Assembly: GCA_017499595.2 (NCBI GenBank)
Contig: CM039006.1
Coordinates: 620,001 to 684,000 of the forward strand
Length of the DNA stretch: 64,000 nucleotides
DNA from: Psilocybe cubensis
Lineage: Eukaryota
Direction of reading: 5' to 3'
Under the pieces are notes generated by a model that did no database searches, was not told where the DNA came from, and saw only the letters and a list, made by a program, of their open reading frames with translations. Position numbers and translations under genes: made by a program. Of the stretch, positions 12,085 through 23,174 are shown piece by piece; positions within the stretch are counted from its first letter, which is position 1; the number at the start of each line of letters is the position of its first letter.

Positions 12085-13524
12085 TTACGAAACTTTATGT
12101 AAGTAAAGTGAGTTCTTTTATCCCCACAACCCACTGTACAAAAATATGTCCTTGCCAATTGTCCCCATCAGTAAATCATTGATGCCATCAAAATTGCGTG
12201 ATTAATACCGGTTTTTTACTTAACCGGTATGCTTGACTTAATAATCGGTTACTATCATAGAATTTCTGTTAGTTTTTGTTCCTACCAAGGGGATATGGAA
12301 ATTAAAATACTAGATATTAGCTAGGTAGATAGGTTAGCTGCCATATGGTAGAAAACAAAATTAGATACCATTACATTATGACTTTTTAATTGCAAGTTAA
12401 ACATTTTGACGCAGATAATCATCGCTCATAACCAAAAACTTTATAATAATGACCTCATTTAACTGATTTAAGGCCATTAATTAGTCAAAATCAATTACAT
12501 ACCAACTGTTTTGCATGCTTTATACACCTCTAACGGCAAGTAGAGGTAAATAGAATGCTTTATTGTTATCAAAAAAAATTTAGCATGAATGACTAGCAGA
12601 CTGTGGTGGCATAGAATAAAGAATAATAAACATTATGTATCTAGCTATTATCTTTAATGCCACTTCAAATAACTTGTCATATTAAACTTGTTGTGCTGTT
12701 CATACTGGCCATAAATTAATAAGCAGACTGTGGGAATAACTTGCATATAGTGTATGCAAGTTATTCTCACGGTTGCCGCACTTTGCATTGAGCAACTTGA
12801 ACTTCTCTGGTAATTCCTGATATATTACTGAGATGCATTGCATATACTTTAGGTAAAATACAAGTATTTTTGGCAATAATAATTATTTTCAGTCCTAGTT
12901 TAGATGATCTTATTATATTTTACTTGCTGTGGTGTTTGTACTGGCCGTGAATTAATAAGCAGGTCGTGGGAATATCCTGCGTACAGTGTGCGCAGGATAT
13001 TCCCACGGTCACTACACTCAATTTGCATTGAGCACTGGCCACTTTGGTCAAGAGATGGTCATTTTGAATAATGTTTTCCATGCATTGAATGTATTTTGGG
13101 GAAGAAATAATGCACTAACACTTGCAAATTATGCTTGAAATATGTTTCCACACAGCCAATTGTGTTCACAGCAACATCAAACTATGCCAAAAAGAAATAT
13201 GCGCACCAAACAAATGTTTTTGCACACAATATTGTTTCACTCTTGATGCACTTTTCAAAAATAAGAAAATTATATTTATGGGAAATATGTCCCCACTTGG
13301 GCAGCCATACACATGAGCATTCTTCCATCAGTTTTCCATACGGGATTCTCCCAGCAGATCTGGAATTCTTCAATATTTAGCAGGTATGAAAATTATAATA
13401 GACAAGTTCTTCCTTACAATTAGGCCTTATAACCTGTGCATAATCTAGATTAAAAAATATTTTATACAATTGTGAGATGTAAAGTCTTGTCATGCCACGC
13501 TTTGCGTTGGACCACTAAAACAAG
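12085..13524 (+). mobile_element. Nested 1,440-bp non-autonomous element of the same family, inverted
   Basis: First ~140 bp are homologous to the outer 5' end. It ends tgtaaagtcttgtcatgccacgc...ccactaaaacaag like the outer 3' end. Excision restores the codons LHFINR. Confidence 0.85.
12730..13007. repeat. Two more copies of the 41-bp palindrome within a ~236-bp tandem duplication
   Basis: Palindromes at 12730-12770 and 12966-13006 with homologous flanks (actggcc..aattaataagcag upstream, tttgcattgagca downstream). Confidence 0.9.
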
Positions 13525-14479
13525 TAAAATGCAAAAAGGTGGAACCTGAAATAACCAGGCCAGTCTTGAACTGGAGAAGACGAAACAGCAAATGTTCATT
13601 GGGTTTGAAGATAGGAGCAAATAAATTTTTGGGACGGAAGGCGCGGCGCATATAGCCCGAAACGCGGTCGTTTAGCTTCTTGCAAGTCCAAGAGAAACGG
13701 TAAAGAGTTTTCAGATCCATCTGATCCATGTACACATCGTCCATGGGAGGCGGAAAGACTCTAAAAAATAAGTAATAACCAAATGAGATAAAACAGTGAA
13801 CATACTGTTGGAAACGCAGTGCGGAGAAAAGTGCATTGTCTATACTACGTCAATAAATATATTAACCGTAAGCCGATAGACGCCCGACGTAGGGGAAGAA
13901 CAAATTGGTATGTGTGAGAAACAATCATGAATCAGAAAATCAAATTCAAATAGTACAGAACGCCCAGAACCCAAGAACGCGTAATTATTTCTATTTGAAC
14001 TCTGATTGATGAAGCTACCGATATCAAGGAACGTGTGTGCCTGCACAGTTCTATTTCCAACCTTTCAGACCCATAGTTCAAAGAGTGCATTTGTTCCATC
14101 TCTAAGTATTAGTACAATATATAAGCACGTTGGCTAGACGGTTCCACATGGTTTTAAAAATTAAACAACAACGCAAAAAAGTGAATTGAGTAGGACTATT
14201 GTTGTTGGGTATAATTAATTTTATGGAAACGCACATTCACATTGCGATCAAAACAAATCAAAAACAACCTTTAAAGTAACCAATGGTAAAAAGAAGTCGT
14301 AGAATGAATTGGAAAGGGGTTGCTTAGGGGGTCCGGTGACCGCTTAAGGAAAATACCGATAGCGGTAACGACATTGATCGCATCAATAATATTTTGATGG
14401 GGACAATTGGCGAGGACATTATTGCTCGCTGGGTTGTGGGGATAAAAGAACTCATCTTTACTTACGTAAAGACTCGTAA

Positions 14480-16574
14480 TAATCAATCGCAAGATAAGTG
14501 CAATACGCACTATGACATTGTGAAGGTGAGAGGCGGAAGGTTTGAGTGCGCTACAGTCGACAGTGGAGAGCGACCAAACGATTTTCCGTGACGTTGAATT
14601 CACCCGGGACTTTCCGTCGCATTGTCGGCCCGTCAATGCCGTCGATCTCGACTCAAACCCAACTCCGAGTCAACTCCCGCCACTCGCCATTGTTGCTTCG
14701 AGTCAGAGATCTGCCTTACATCCATCCCTCTTGATCATGTATACACAGCCTTCGGTATATGAGGTGTCTCTTAGATTGAAAGAATGCATCTTCTGTCTGA
14801 AGTTCATACCTCGCCGACCTTGTACTAAGTTGCAGAACATCCGGTCTTGCGATGTCCTCCGTCAGCCTGCCAACCATATCGCATATCGCAACGTGGAATG
14901 ATAAGTGATAGAACACCTGAGGCAGTTTTCAAGTCAAAAAAAGTAATCATCTTGAATTATTCATCCAAGAGTCATGACCGCCATGGACAGTGAAATTCTC
15001 AGATTGCTTCTTCGGTCCCATTATAGTTTTTCTTACTACATATCTCACGTAAAAGTGCTATTACGTGTATGCTAAGAATAGAGATCATTTTCATCTTTCT
15101 TGTGTGTAAAGTACTTGGATCGTCGTGGATGCGGAATCGTTTCGCCTGAAAATCCAAATCTAGTCATCGGTAAAACCAGGTTTGAAACATGATTCATAGA
15201 ACTCGCGCTGGCTGTCAATGATGGGAACACAACCTTTCTATACAATCGTCCTCTCGGCGGAATAAATCACATATTCGACGGTGAGTGGCACTCTACCATC
15301 TGGAGCTTATAGAGGCACATGTACCCTGAAGTATATTAGTACATGTTCCCAGCCAAAGATGCTCGAAGAAGGGTTCTGTGTATGTGAGGCCCACTGCGGA
15401 GGATTCCAGAGAACACCCTGAGTTTCAACGCCGGGAAGCAAGCTGGAAAATTACAGGTCTTTAGACACTGGGCAGTCTTCTATTGGAAGATACCATTGTC
15501 AAAAAAAATTTGTCTTTCCGGATGCGAAAACTTCTTCTGAATTGAGACAGAAGTTCTTGTGCGACTCCTGAATTGTGGCGGCGGACACGACCAGCTGAGT
15601 GGCTTGCCACTCGAGCGAGGGAAAGATTGTTGTGATTTGACAGATTTTTGATTTAAAACTGCTTCTCGGACTACGTACCGAATTATTCAGGGGTGTGCGG
15701 GCAAGCGGAGTGGTGTTTGTTGGGCTGTCAAGTACATCTCCAGAAGTGCTCCATGGTTGAAGAATACTTCGATATAACCCCGTCGACTTTCGTGTCAAGG
15801 CGTACCTTCTTGTCCGGTTTGGATAATCGATTATACTTTCCAAGGCTAGATTTCCCACAACTACACACAAAAAAACAAGGCTTCTAGTCAGCAGTTGTAA
15901 TCTGATCAGCTACACACACTTAACGAGTGGCGTGTGAAAGTGAATATGGCAGACTTAATGACTCGATTATGTCTAGCAGAGCATTGAAATGTGAAGAGTC
16001 GCAGCATTATCCGCAGTGTTGGGGATAGGTACACGAGGACATGGAAGCTTCGGGGTTTCGGTCCTCAGTTACCCTATCTTCGTTGTTCATTTGTCGGAAG
16101 ATCCAACGGAATCATTACTGCAGATGACTCCCTCATCCCCTCCTTACTAGAGATATCCCATCCAAGGGACGCATAGATCCATATATCCGCCGACTCTTCG
16201 CCGCATAGAATTTCAGCAGACAATACACAACAGTCTATAATGTATAAGCTTCTTTCGCCTTACACATTCCTAGAAGATAACCCTGTCCATCCTGATTAAT
16301 GTCTTTGAAGAAGGGAGAATCTGGCAGTTCTTCCTACATCCGAGTCGTCCTTGAGTCAAAACACCTATGATGTGGATAGATACCAGCCTTACCGCTGTGC
16401 ACTCGGAAGGCGTGTAATATGGTTTGACACGTTTGAGATGCGTTGCAATTAAGCGCAATAGCGAACTTGTCTGCGTTTCCATTTGTTGTCAATTGAGTAG
16501 ATAGTTGATTATAACATTATTCATTGGTTTCGATCTCGTGAGTATACCATCTTCAGTGGCGGGTGCTTAATCAA
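14480..16574. repeat. Segmental duplication copy B (right part)
   Basis: Matches 1388-3402. Confidence 0.95.
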
Positions 16575-17197
16575 GGACCGGTCTCAAAAAAATAACATAA
16601 CGGAGTATGTTTTTCGTAGCAAGTTGAAGGAATGCCATCTTTTTATCGGAGATTGAATAAGCTATTTTCGCCGTTTCCATGTGCCAGAAATCACTGTCAA
16701 TGGGAAACGTTCAATTTGACACATCTTTTGTCTCAGCCATACAATCCAGTATCTCAATTTCGTAAGTTTATATCAATCTTCCATAAACAAGCGCCCGACG
16801 TGAAGGTATTAGTTGAATATTACCGTATCACTTCGCGGCAGTGAACTCAGAACGTTTTCGATGCTAAAGATAGCTGTTGAGATACCTACCTTTCTCCAGA
16901 CCTCACTTGAGGGACTCCTTGCTGTTAGCATATTGTGCTAGGTAACTAATTTAGCTATGACTTTAACTCCTTTTGTTCGATTTCCTGCCCACGATTTGTG
17001 AAGTTCACCCGATGTATCTTCAGGCGCAACATCCCGAAGATACCGCAAAATGTATTGTGCACAACTAGTCCAATATCCCTAAATATAGTACCCACTGAAT
17101 GTATAAGAACCCTAATGTTCAACCATCCTATTTTTCAGTTTGCAACCACACGCGCCATACCAGCTCACAGAACGCTTATCATTTCTTTCGGAGCGCC

Positions 17198-18138
17198 ATG
17201 TCAACAAATCTAGTGCATGCACCTGTTCCGACTGTCAGTCCGTCATTTTTGCCGTTGCTTAGACGCCGTGTTAATTTGTCATTCTTTCCTTAGCCTCTCG
17301 CTGAAGGGACACTTGTTACCCTCTCCCGAGAGATAACCGGAAAATATAAGTACGATGGCCAAGATGCTACGCAGACGCTCCCGCCCGGGACACAAGTTGC
17401 TATTGGGAAGTCCATGGAACTTGCCCATACCCGAGTGTCTGTGAGTTTTGCTTGTAGATTGCATTATTGCGTCCACGCGGAGCTCACTGATCTTTCCACA
17501 CTTTCAGACAGGTCTACCAGGCGGACGACCTGATGGTTTCATGTATACGCTATATGTTGAGTTACCAGACAAAACTTGGTGGACTTTCCTGTCCGACGGA
17601 GTAGTTATTGGAGGGAGAAACAAAAATATTCCTCATAAGCTTTTATCCAAAGAGCCTACATCGAAAAAGACGAAGACCAGTCCCGCCGTAGTGGGAACAT
17701 ACTTAACCGACAGATTTTTTAGGGTACGTATCTTGTTCCTGCGCTCAGATTTGAGCTAACTGGTATAAAACAGCCCAACGAGATGCCATATTTAAGAGGT
17801 GACCACACCTACAATGCAGGTAGAAATGGCACGGGCCCCGGTTCAACCATTACCCTCACTCTTGGAGATCGTATAGTCATATCCTCTGATGCACATAGCA
17901 ACAATGTATGCTCTATTTATTGCCAATGAATCGCATTTCCACTGCTTACTATACACTGTCTTGATACCAGGCTTCCCTCAAGATATCGGTACCGCCGACT
18001 CGGATGCCAACGCCGAAAAATCTACAGGAAGCTCACTATCATTTCTCTGCAACACAGCGTGGAGAGAAGGTTATTCCTGTCTGGACATCTGAAATTTTCT
18101 GTATCGAGGGTGTCGATTTTACCGTCAATCGCCAGTAA
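17198..18138 (+). CDS. Hypothetical protein (5 exons), paralog of 4802-5669
   Basis: Four phase-0 introns give an open frame MSTNLVHAPVPT/PLAEGTLVTLSREITGKY.../TGLP...DRFFR/PNEMPY...LGDRIVI/ASLK...PVWTS...NRQ*. Confidence 0.75.
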
Positions 18139-19324
18139 ATAGCAACTAAATTTCTTTGTCAATTCAAGGTTTCCAGGTAGTCTGCTTCTTCTAGGCGCCT
18201 AATTATTTTGCTCAGCCTGTGGTAAAGATGTACCAAATAATGAGATTACAAGTTTATAAAATTTTTATTTATGGAATTTTTGAAGTCCGCAGAGTGAAAT
18301 GTGTGGTCATTGTGATGCCACGGCGACTCACAATTGAAGCATTCGACATAGTCAGCATAGTTAATCTACATGGTTAATCCGGTAATTGAACGCATGTGCC
18401 AAGATTTGAGAAGAGAATTTCGTACATTAGCGAACAATATAGTCAAATCGAAAGGAAAAAAGGACGTCTAGGAGGTAACACTGGAGTCACTGTGTACTTA
18501 AAAGTTAAAGCACTTAGAACGTTACGGAAGGTCACACATCTCGGTCTAAGTTCAGGTCCAGGTCCATTTGGCCTCACTCCCAGTCGATCCGACGGTCTCC
18601 GTGTTCTATATATAAATATTGTTGATTGTTGGTTCTCAGAAAGGAATTCGGAAGAAAACGCGGATGTCGTTCCTCATCGGCAATGCCTTGCTGAAAGTGA
18701 AATTTGGAACTTGATTGGACTCCTTTGGAATTAAAATATGCCTTGGGATCATGCATTCTGTAGGATGGTTATAAAATCACTGGAATTTTATTTCCGAATT
18801 TCATTGGATAGTTGGAGAAAGTACTGAAAAAAGCCAAAAGGTCATCCTTGATAATTCGAACAATTGTTACGCACGTATATGTACAGTACTGTCCAAGGCC
18901 TGCTACTATGGTGGTTGATCGGTTTGGACATTCGTTTAGTCATCAGCAAAAATTTTACATATAAAAGGTGTTTTGTCAGAAACGGTGGCAGGGAACGAGC
19001 CGAAGTCAGACGATGTCTTGATGCCAGGGAAGTCGGTTTGGACATACATTCGTTTGACCCATTTCCTATTTGTTATGGCAAAAAAAAATCATGCAGAGTA
19101 TACATTAGAATACATGTACAAATTTTCATGAGGAGCACAGTATCGCGAGATCCAAACCAGTGTCCAATCCGATCGCGAAATCCAGGACCCAGGTCATCTG
19201 ATGCGGGATCACTACAAACATTGGCAAGCATTGGTTGAAGTTATGATGCTTATCCCCAACTTCTCTTTGCTTCCAACTGTCACTAAGTAATTGGAAACAC
19301 CCGCACCTGTAAAGAAGTCTCATA

Positions 19325-20949
19325 ATGGTGAGCTTACTTCCACTATATTTATGATTCTGCGTAATGATACAAGTTTCGACAGTCTTCAGGGCTCACGATT
19401 CCCTTTTCATTTGAACATGGCGTTGAAGTCGATGAATTGGAGCGATTTGCTTTCTGGGACTCTCCCGACGTGGTCAAATGGTTCAAGGATCACGGTTATA
19501 CCCTATACAAGCGCAGCGTTTACAGCGGCGAAGAATTAGCCACGTTTCCCATCTTCCCACCAGACCCTCAAAGTGGACCTGTTGAAGCCGATTTCCCATA
19601 TGCTCACCATGATATGGATACGACGGATCTTCCAGAGGTATACCAAACAGACCCACCTCTATCTGGTGTTGATACATCTGTAGGTGGATGTTGTGAACTA
19701 TCATTATAATCTTCTAATATTACATCTCTAGGGAAAAATTCTATATGCTCAGGACTCCCTGAAACGACATGTTGTAATCAAGCTTGTGCCAGACAACACA
19801 GACGAGTATCGAGTGCTGCGGTTTTTGAGCGAGCAAAGTATGGATACGTTGAAGGAGAACTGTGTTATTCCTGTACTGGATCTCCTACCAATAGAGGGGT
19901 TCTGGCTCGCGGTGATGCCAAGGTAAGCTTGGTTTGCTTTAACAACTTTGGTATGTTCTCAAAGTGGCTTGCAGATGGGGCATTGGTATTTATCAGCCAA
20001 ATCCACGGTATGTGTATGAGATTGTCGATATCATTTACTCGAGACTCAAGGTATATTTGAATGATATACTGGTGTCAACCTTGCTAACCTAGCTATACGA
20101 CAGAGTCTAGCCTATCTCCATGATAATAACATCTCGCATGGGGTTAGCTTTAAAGCAATTCAAGCTCAATTTCTGGATTTACTGACATACTTTTGACAGG
20201 ACATTAGGGATGCGAACGTTGTAGTGAACCATTTTGCAGATTCACGATTACTACCGAGAGGGTACCATCGGCGTAGTAAACTGCGCACTGAAAGGCGCCT
20301 GTTGTACGCCCTCATTGACTTTGACTTTTCAGTCATGCTGGCACCAGACGCTGATAGGACTAAATTTCGATTGCCTTACCAACGATTTTTGGGTACAAAC
20401 AACGTAAGTAATGACACGGCTGCTGGGGAACACGATTATAGCCCATTCGTTGGTGATGTGGGGGCTTTGGGTGTTTCATTGTGTTTTGAATATCAGGTAC
20501 ACTATTCTGTGTTTACTTCTATATAGTGCTGGCGCTAAAGAGTATGATTATAGTGCCGCACAAAGTATCTTCCTGTCTTAGCACCTCTGCTAGATATGAT
20601 GACAACCTGGGATCTTAAACGACGGTTTACTGCGGCTGAAGCTTTGAAATTCTTTGAGCAAAGCCTTTCCGAGATGACGCAGAAGGAGCTAGAAGTTGAA
20701 ATTTCCGGAAGTATCCATTACGAAAATTACTCGACTTATAACAGGTGGCAGCAGATGCATCCAGCCTTGATGGAAAAGTGGAAGGTGTATAGGACGCCGC
20801 CCATTCCCTGGCATCTGAAAACCCTTCGTGCCATATACGGACGCTCAGCAGAATATAATCTCCACATCATACCTCAGACCCGGCGATTTTTTGCGGGGGT
20901 TATGTCCATGGCATTCAAACTTTACTGCAAGCTCCTATTCTGGGCGTAA
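19325..20949 (+). CDS. Fungal protein-kinase-like gene K3, apparently intact
   Basis: ATG-only first exon; FWDSPDVVKWFKDHGYTLY, HVVIKLV, LHDNNISHG-DIRDANV, YALIDFDFS, YSPFVGDVGALG, RFTAAEAL. Confidence 0.85.
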
Positions 20950-21309
20950 AATCATATCTAAATATTCCTCTGGATGTATCTACTACATCGCTATAGCCGT
21001 ATTTTACTTTGGTTCCGTTATTTTACGCTTCATCAAAGAGTTTAAATAAATTACGGGACGATCCCCAATGTTCGACTTTGAGCCATTTATTCAGCAAAGT
21101 CATTGAGTCTTCTGGTCTTGCCATAGGGCGCGCAAGATACACATTGGGTCACTAAATACCCTACCTTCATTCATGCTTCGACAATGGATCTCCGTCGCCT
21201 TCCTCTGCAACATACCAGTAGCCAGCCAAACCTACGAAGAAAAATCCAAAGGTATCTACATCATAGCCAACAACAATGCATGAAGTTCCTCCGTGCCATG
21301 AACGACCGC

Positions 21310-21870
21310 CTCAACCAATTTCCCCATCGCATACCGCAGACACGACGGAATTACCTTTTCTACGGTGCCTGATGCAGACAGGGATGCTCAACGGGAATTT
21401 TGGAGTTCTTCAACGACTTTGGAATGGTTCAAGCATCGTGGCTATAAGCTTTATCGCTCTATTGACGAAACCGATAAAATCTATCCAATGCACCCACCTG
21501 AATGCTTTGAAGACTCTGAATTCTCCTTTTACTTGGCTTATTATTCATTCTTACGCTTCCTTCGAGACTCTGAAAGATAATGATATGCACCCACTTGAGG
21601 ATGACAACATCCGGGTGAGTATTTATTAACAGATATTATTACATTCGCAGCCAATATCACAAATACGATGATTACGACCGATGGAAGACGCTTTCTCCCG
21701 ACTTTGTGGAGAAATGGAAAGTATATAAAGCTCGAAAGGTACCGTTACGGATTCGCCTCCTCCGTTGGCTATATTTCAAGCCATACTTCTGCCATATTAT
21801 ACCTAAAACTAGACTCTTCTTTAACAAACTTTCCTATCTTCCTCGTGTAATCGTAGGAATGTTCCTGTAG
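21310..21870 (+). pseudogene. Kinase K4 remnant with the catalytic core deleted
   Basis: An N-terminal exon (EFWSSSTTLEWFKHRGYKLY, frameshifted) is joined within its intron to 21664-21870, which is near-identical to 833-1039. Confidence 0.85.
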
Positions 21871-21917
21871 ACAAATGCTCCTTAACACACTTGATATGAT
21901 CAATAGTATGTAGCTGA

Positions 21918-23174
21918 TTACGAGCCAACTTTATCTTTCATTGCTGACAGATCCTTGGCCACCGTGTCGATAATATCACGGCGTACCAAGTCTTCGCACC
22001 ATGATTTGACTCGTGTCGTCCAGAACACTCTATCTCCATCTCCTTCCTCTGCTGAATACCAGCAAGCAGCCAGACCTGCGAAGATAGCGCCAACAGTATC
22101 CGCATCGTCACCAAGGTTCACCGCCAACAATGCACCGTCTTCAAATGTCGATGTGGCAAAAAAGCAGTAGAGCGCAGCTACAGCAGAATCTAGGACGTAT
22201 CCGGTCGAAGGCAGCTGCTTGACCGGAGGGATAGTATAAGCAAAACCCTTTGTCTTCGTGGAAACTGTTCCTGGTCGTTGGGTGTCCGCGATGAGTCGGA
22301 GTAATGGATGGTGCTGCCAATACCAGGCCTCGCGATCGACATCATCTTCAGGAGCAGGACGGATACGAGAAGGAATCGCTAGGGCATCCCGGAGTGTAAT
22401 CGTCTTATAAGGGAAGCTAGAAATGTAGTGAAGGAGGTCAAGTTTTGAGAATCGTTTAGCGGAGGGTTTGGGGGCACGTGTACTCTCCGCCATGATGGTG
22501 GCGATCGCACCGGTCCACATCTCGCACATTTCAAGACACAAGGGACTAGGATGCGTCGCCCGACTGCTCCTTCTTGCGTAGTCCCTTGCTAAAGCTTCAT
22601 CACGCCAGTAGAGAAGACCTATGGGTACGATGCGCATCAAGCTCCCATTGCCAGAGAAGTTGACGCTCGACAAGTTGCTCTGAATGCGATCAAGCGCTTC
22701 TTCAGGTTTCGATGACTCATAGATATATAGTGCTTTATTGATAGTTGCCCCGACGTCAAAGCAGCTCCCGATCGCTGATAGATGGCCTTCGTTACGCCAT
22801 CGATTATAGAGTTCAAGTTGATGCAGTTCGTCGAATCCACCTTTCTCGGATGACTGGGTTGGTGGCTGGTAGGTGGTCAAAGATTCTGCAAGACAGAGTG
22901 TCATGGAGGTGTCGTCTGTCCATACCCCAGCGGGGAGGCCAAAAGTTTTATTGGGCTTCATGGTATCGATGAAGGGGAATGAGAACCGGCCGCGGAATTC
23001 AGCAGGGCCACCGAGTGCATCGACGAGTGCGGTGGCAAGGATGGTTAACTGAATTTTGGTAGCTGAGGACGCATGTGTTGGGTACTGTGTGCGGAGCGAT
23101 CCAATGTTTGGCGTGTCTGGTTGCAATTGGACGCCCGACACACTCTCAGCGTCATTCTTTCCAAAAGGTGCCAT
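21918..23174 (-). CDS. ADP-ribosylglycohydrolase (ARH/DraG family), intronless, 418 aa
   Basis: Motifs DALG, WTDDT, GNGSLMR, SRATHP and NLGDDADT. Confidence 0.93.
   Translation of the reverse strand: MAPFGKNDAESVSGVQLQPDTPNIGSLRTQYPTHASSATKIQLTILATALVDALGGPAEFRGRFSFPFIDTMKPNKTFGLPAGVWTDDTSMTLCLAESLTTYQPPTQSSEKGGFDELHQLELYNRWRNEGHLSAIGSCFDVGATINKALYIYESSKPEEALDRIQSNLSSVNFSGNGSLMRIVPIGLLYWRDEALARDYARRSSRATHPSPLCLEMCEMWTGAIATIMAESTRAPKPSAKRFSKLDLLHYISSFPYKTITLRDALAIPSRIRPAPEDDVDREAWYWQHHPLLRLIADTQRPGTVSTKTKGFAYTIPPVKQLPSTGYVLDSAVAALYCFFATSTFEDGALLAVNLGDDADTVGAIFAGLAACWYSAEEGDGDRVFWTTRVKSWCEDLVRRDIIDTVAKDLSAMKDKVGS

Larger units (their letters stand above)
11006..13836 (-). pseudogene. Element cargo gene B: F-box-like N-terminus plus nucleotidyltransferase-like domain, interrupted by the nested element
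   Basis: MDLKTLYRFSWTCK; GLVISGSTFLHF|INR..GDMDMYV after removing 12085-13524; VQLI, YHSTGVMNF, YSLYP, KYHSRG. A frameshift lies near the junction and the 5' end is uncertain. Confidence 0.7.
9510..14479 (-). mobile_element. Non-autonomous Helitron2/Helentron-like element (4,970 bp) with cargo genes
   Basis: Empty site at 1387|1388 and no TSD, inserted at a T-run. Perfect asymmetric 13-bp inverted repeats (9544-9556 / 14465-14477), a GC hairpin at 9523-9540 near the 3' end, and a TA microsatellite at ~9575-9608. Confidence 0.85.

Noticed and set aside
9510-14479. Autonomous transposon or cut-and-paste TIR element
   Set aside because: No Rep/helicase or DDE ORF, no TSD, and the inverted repeats are asymmetric.
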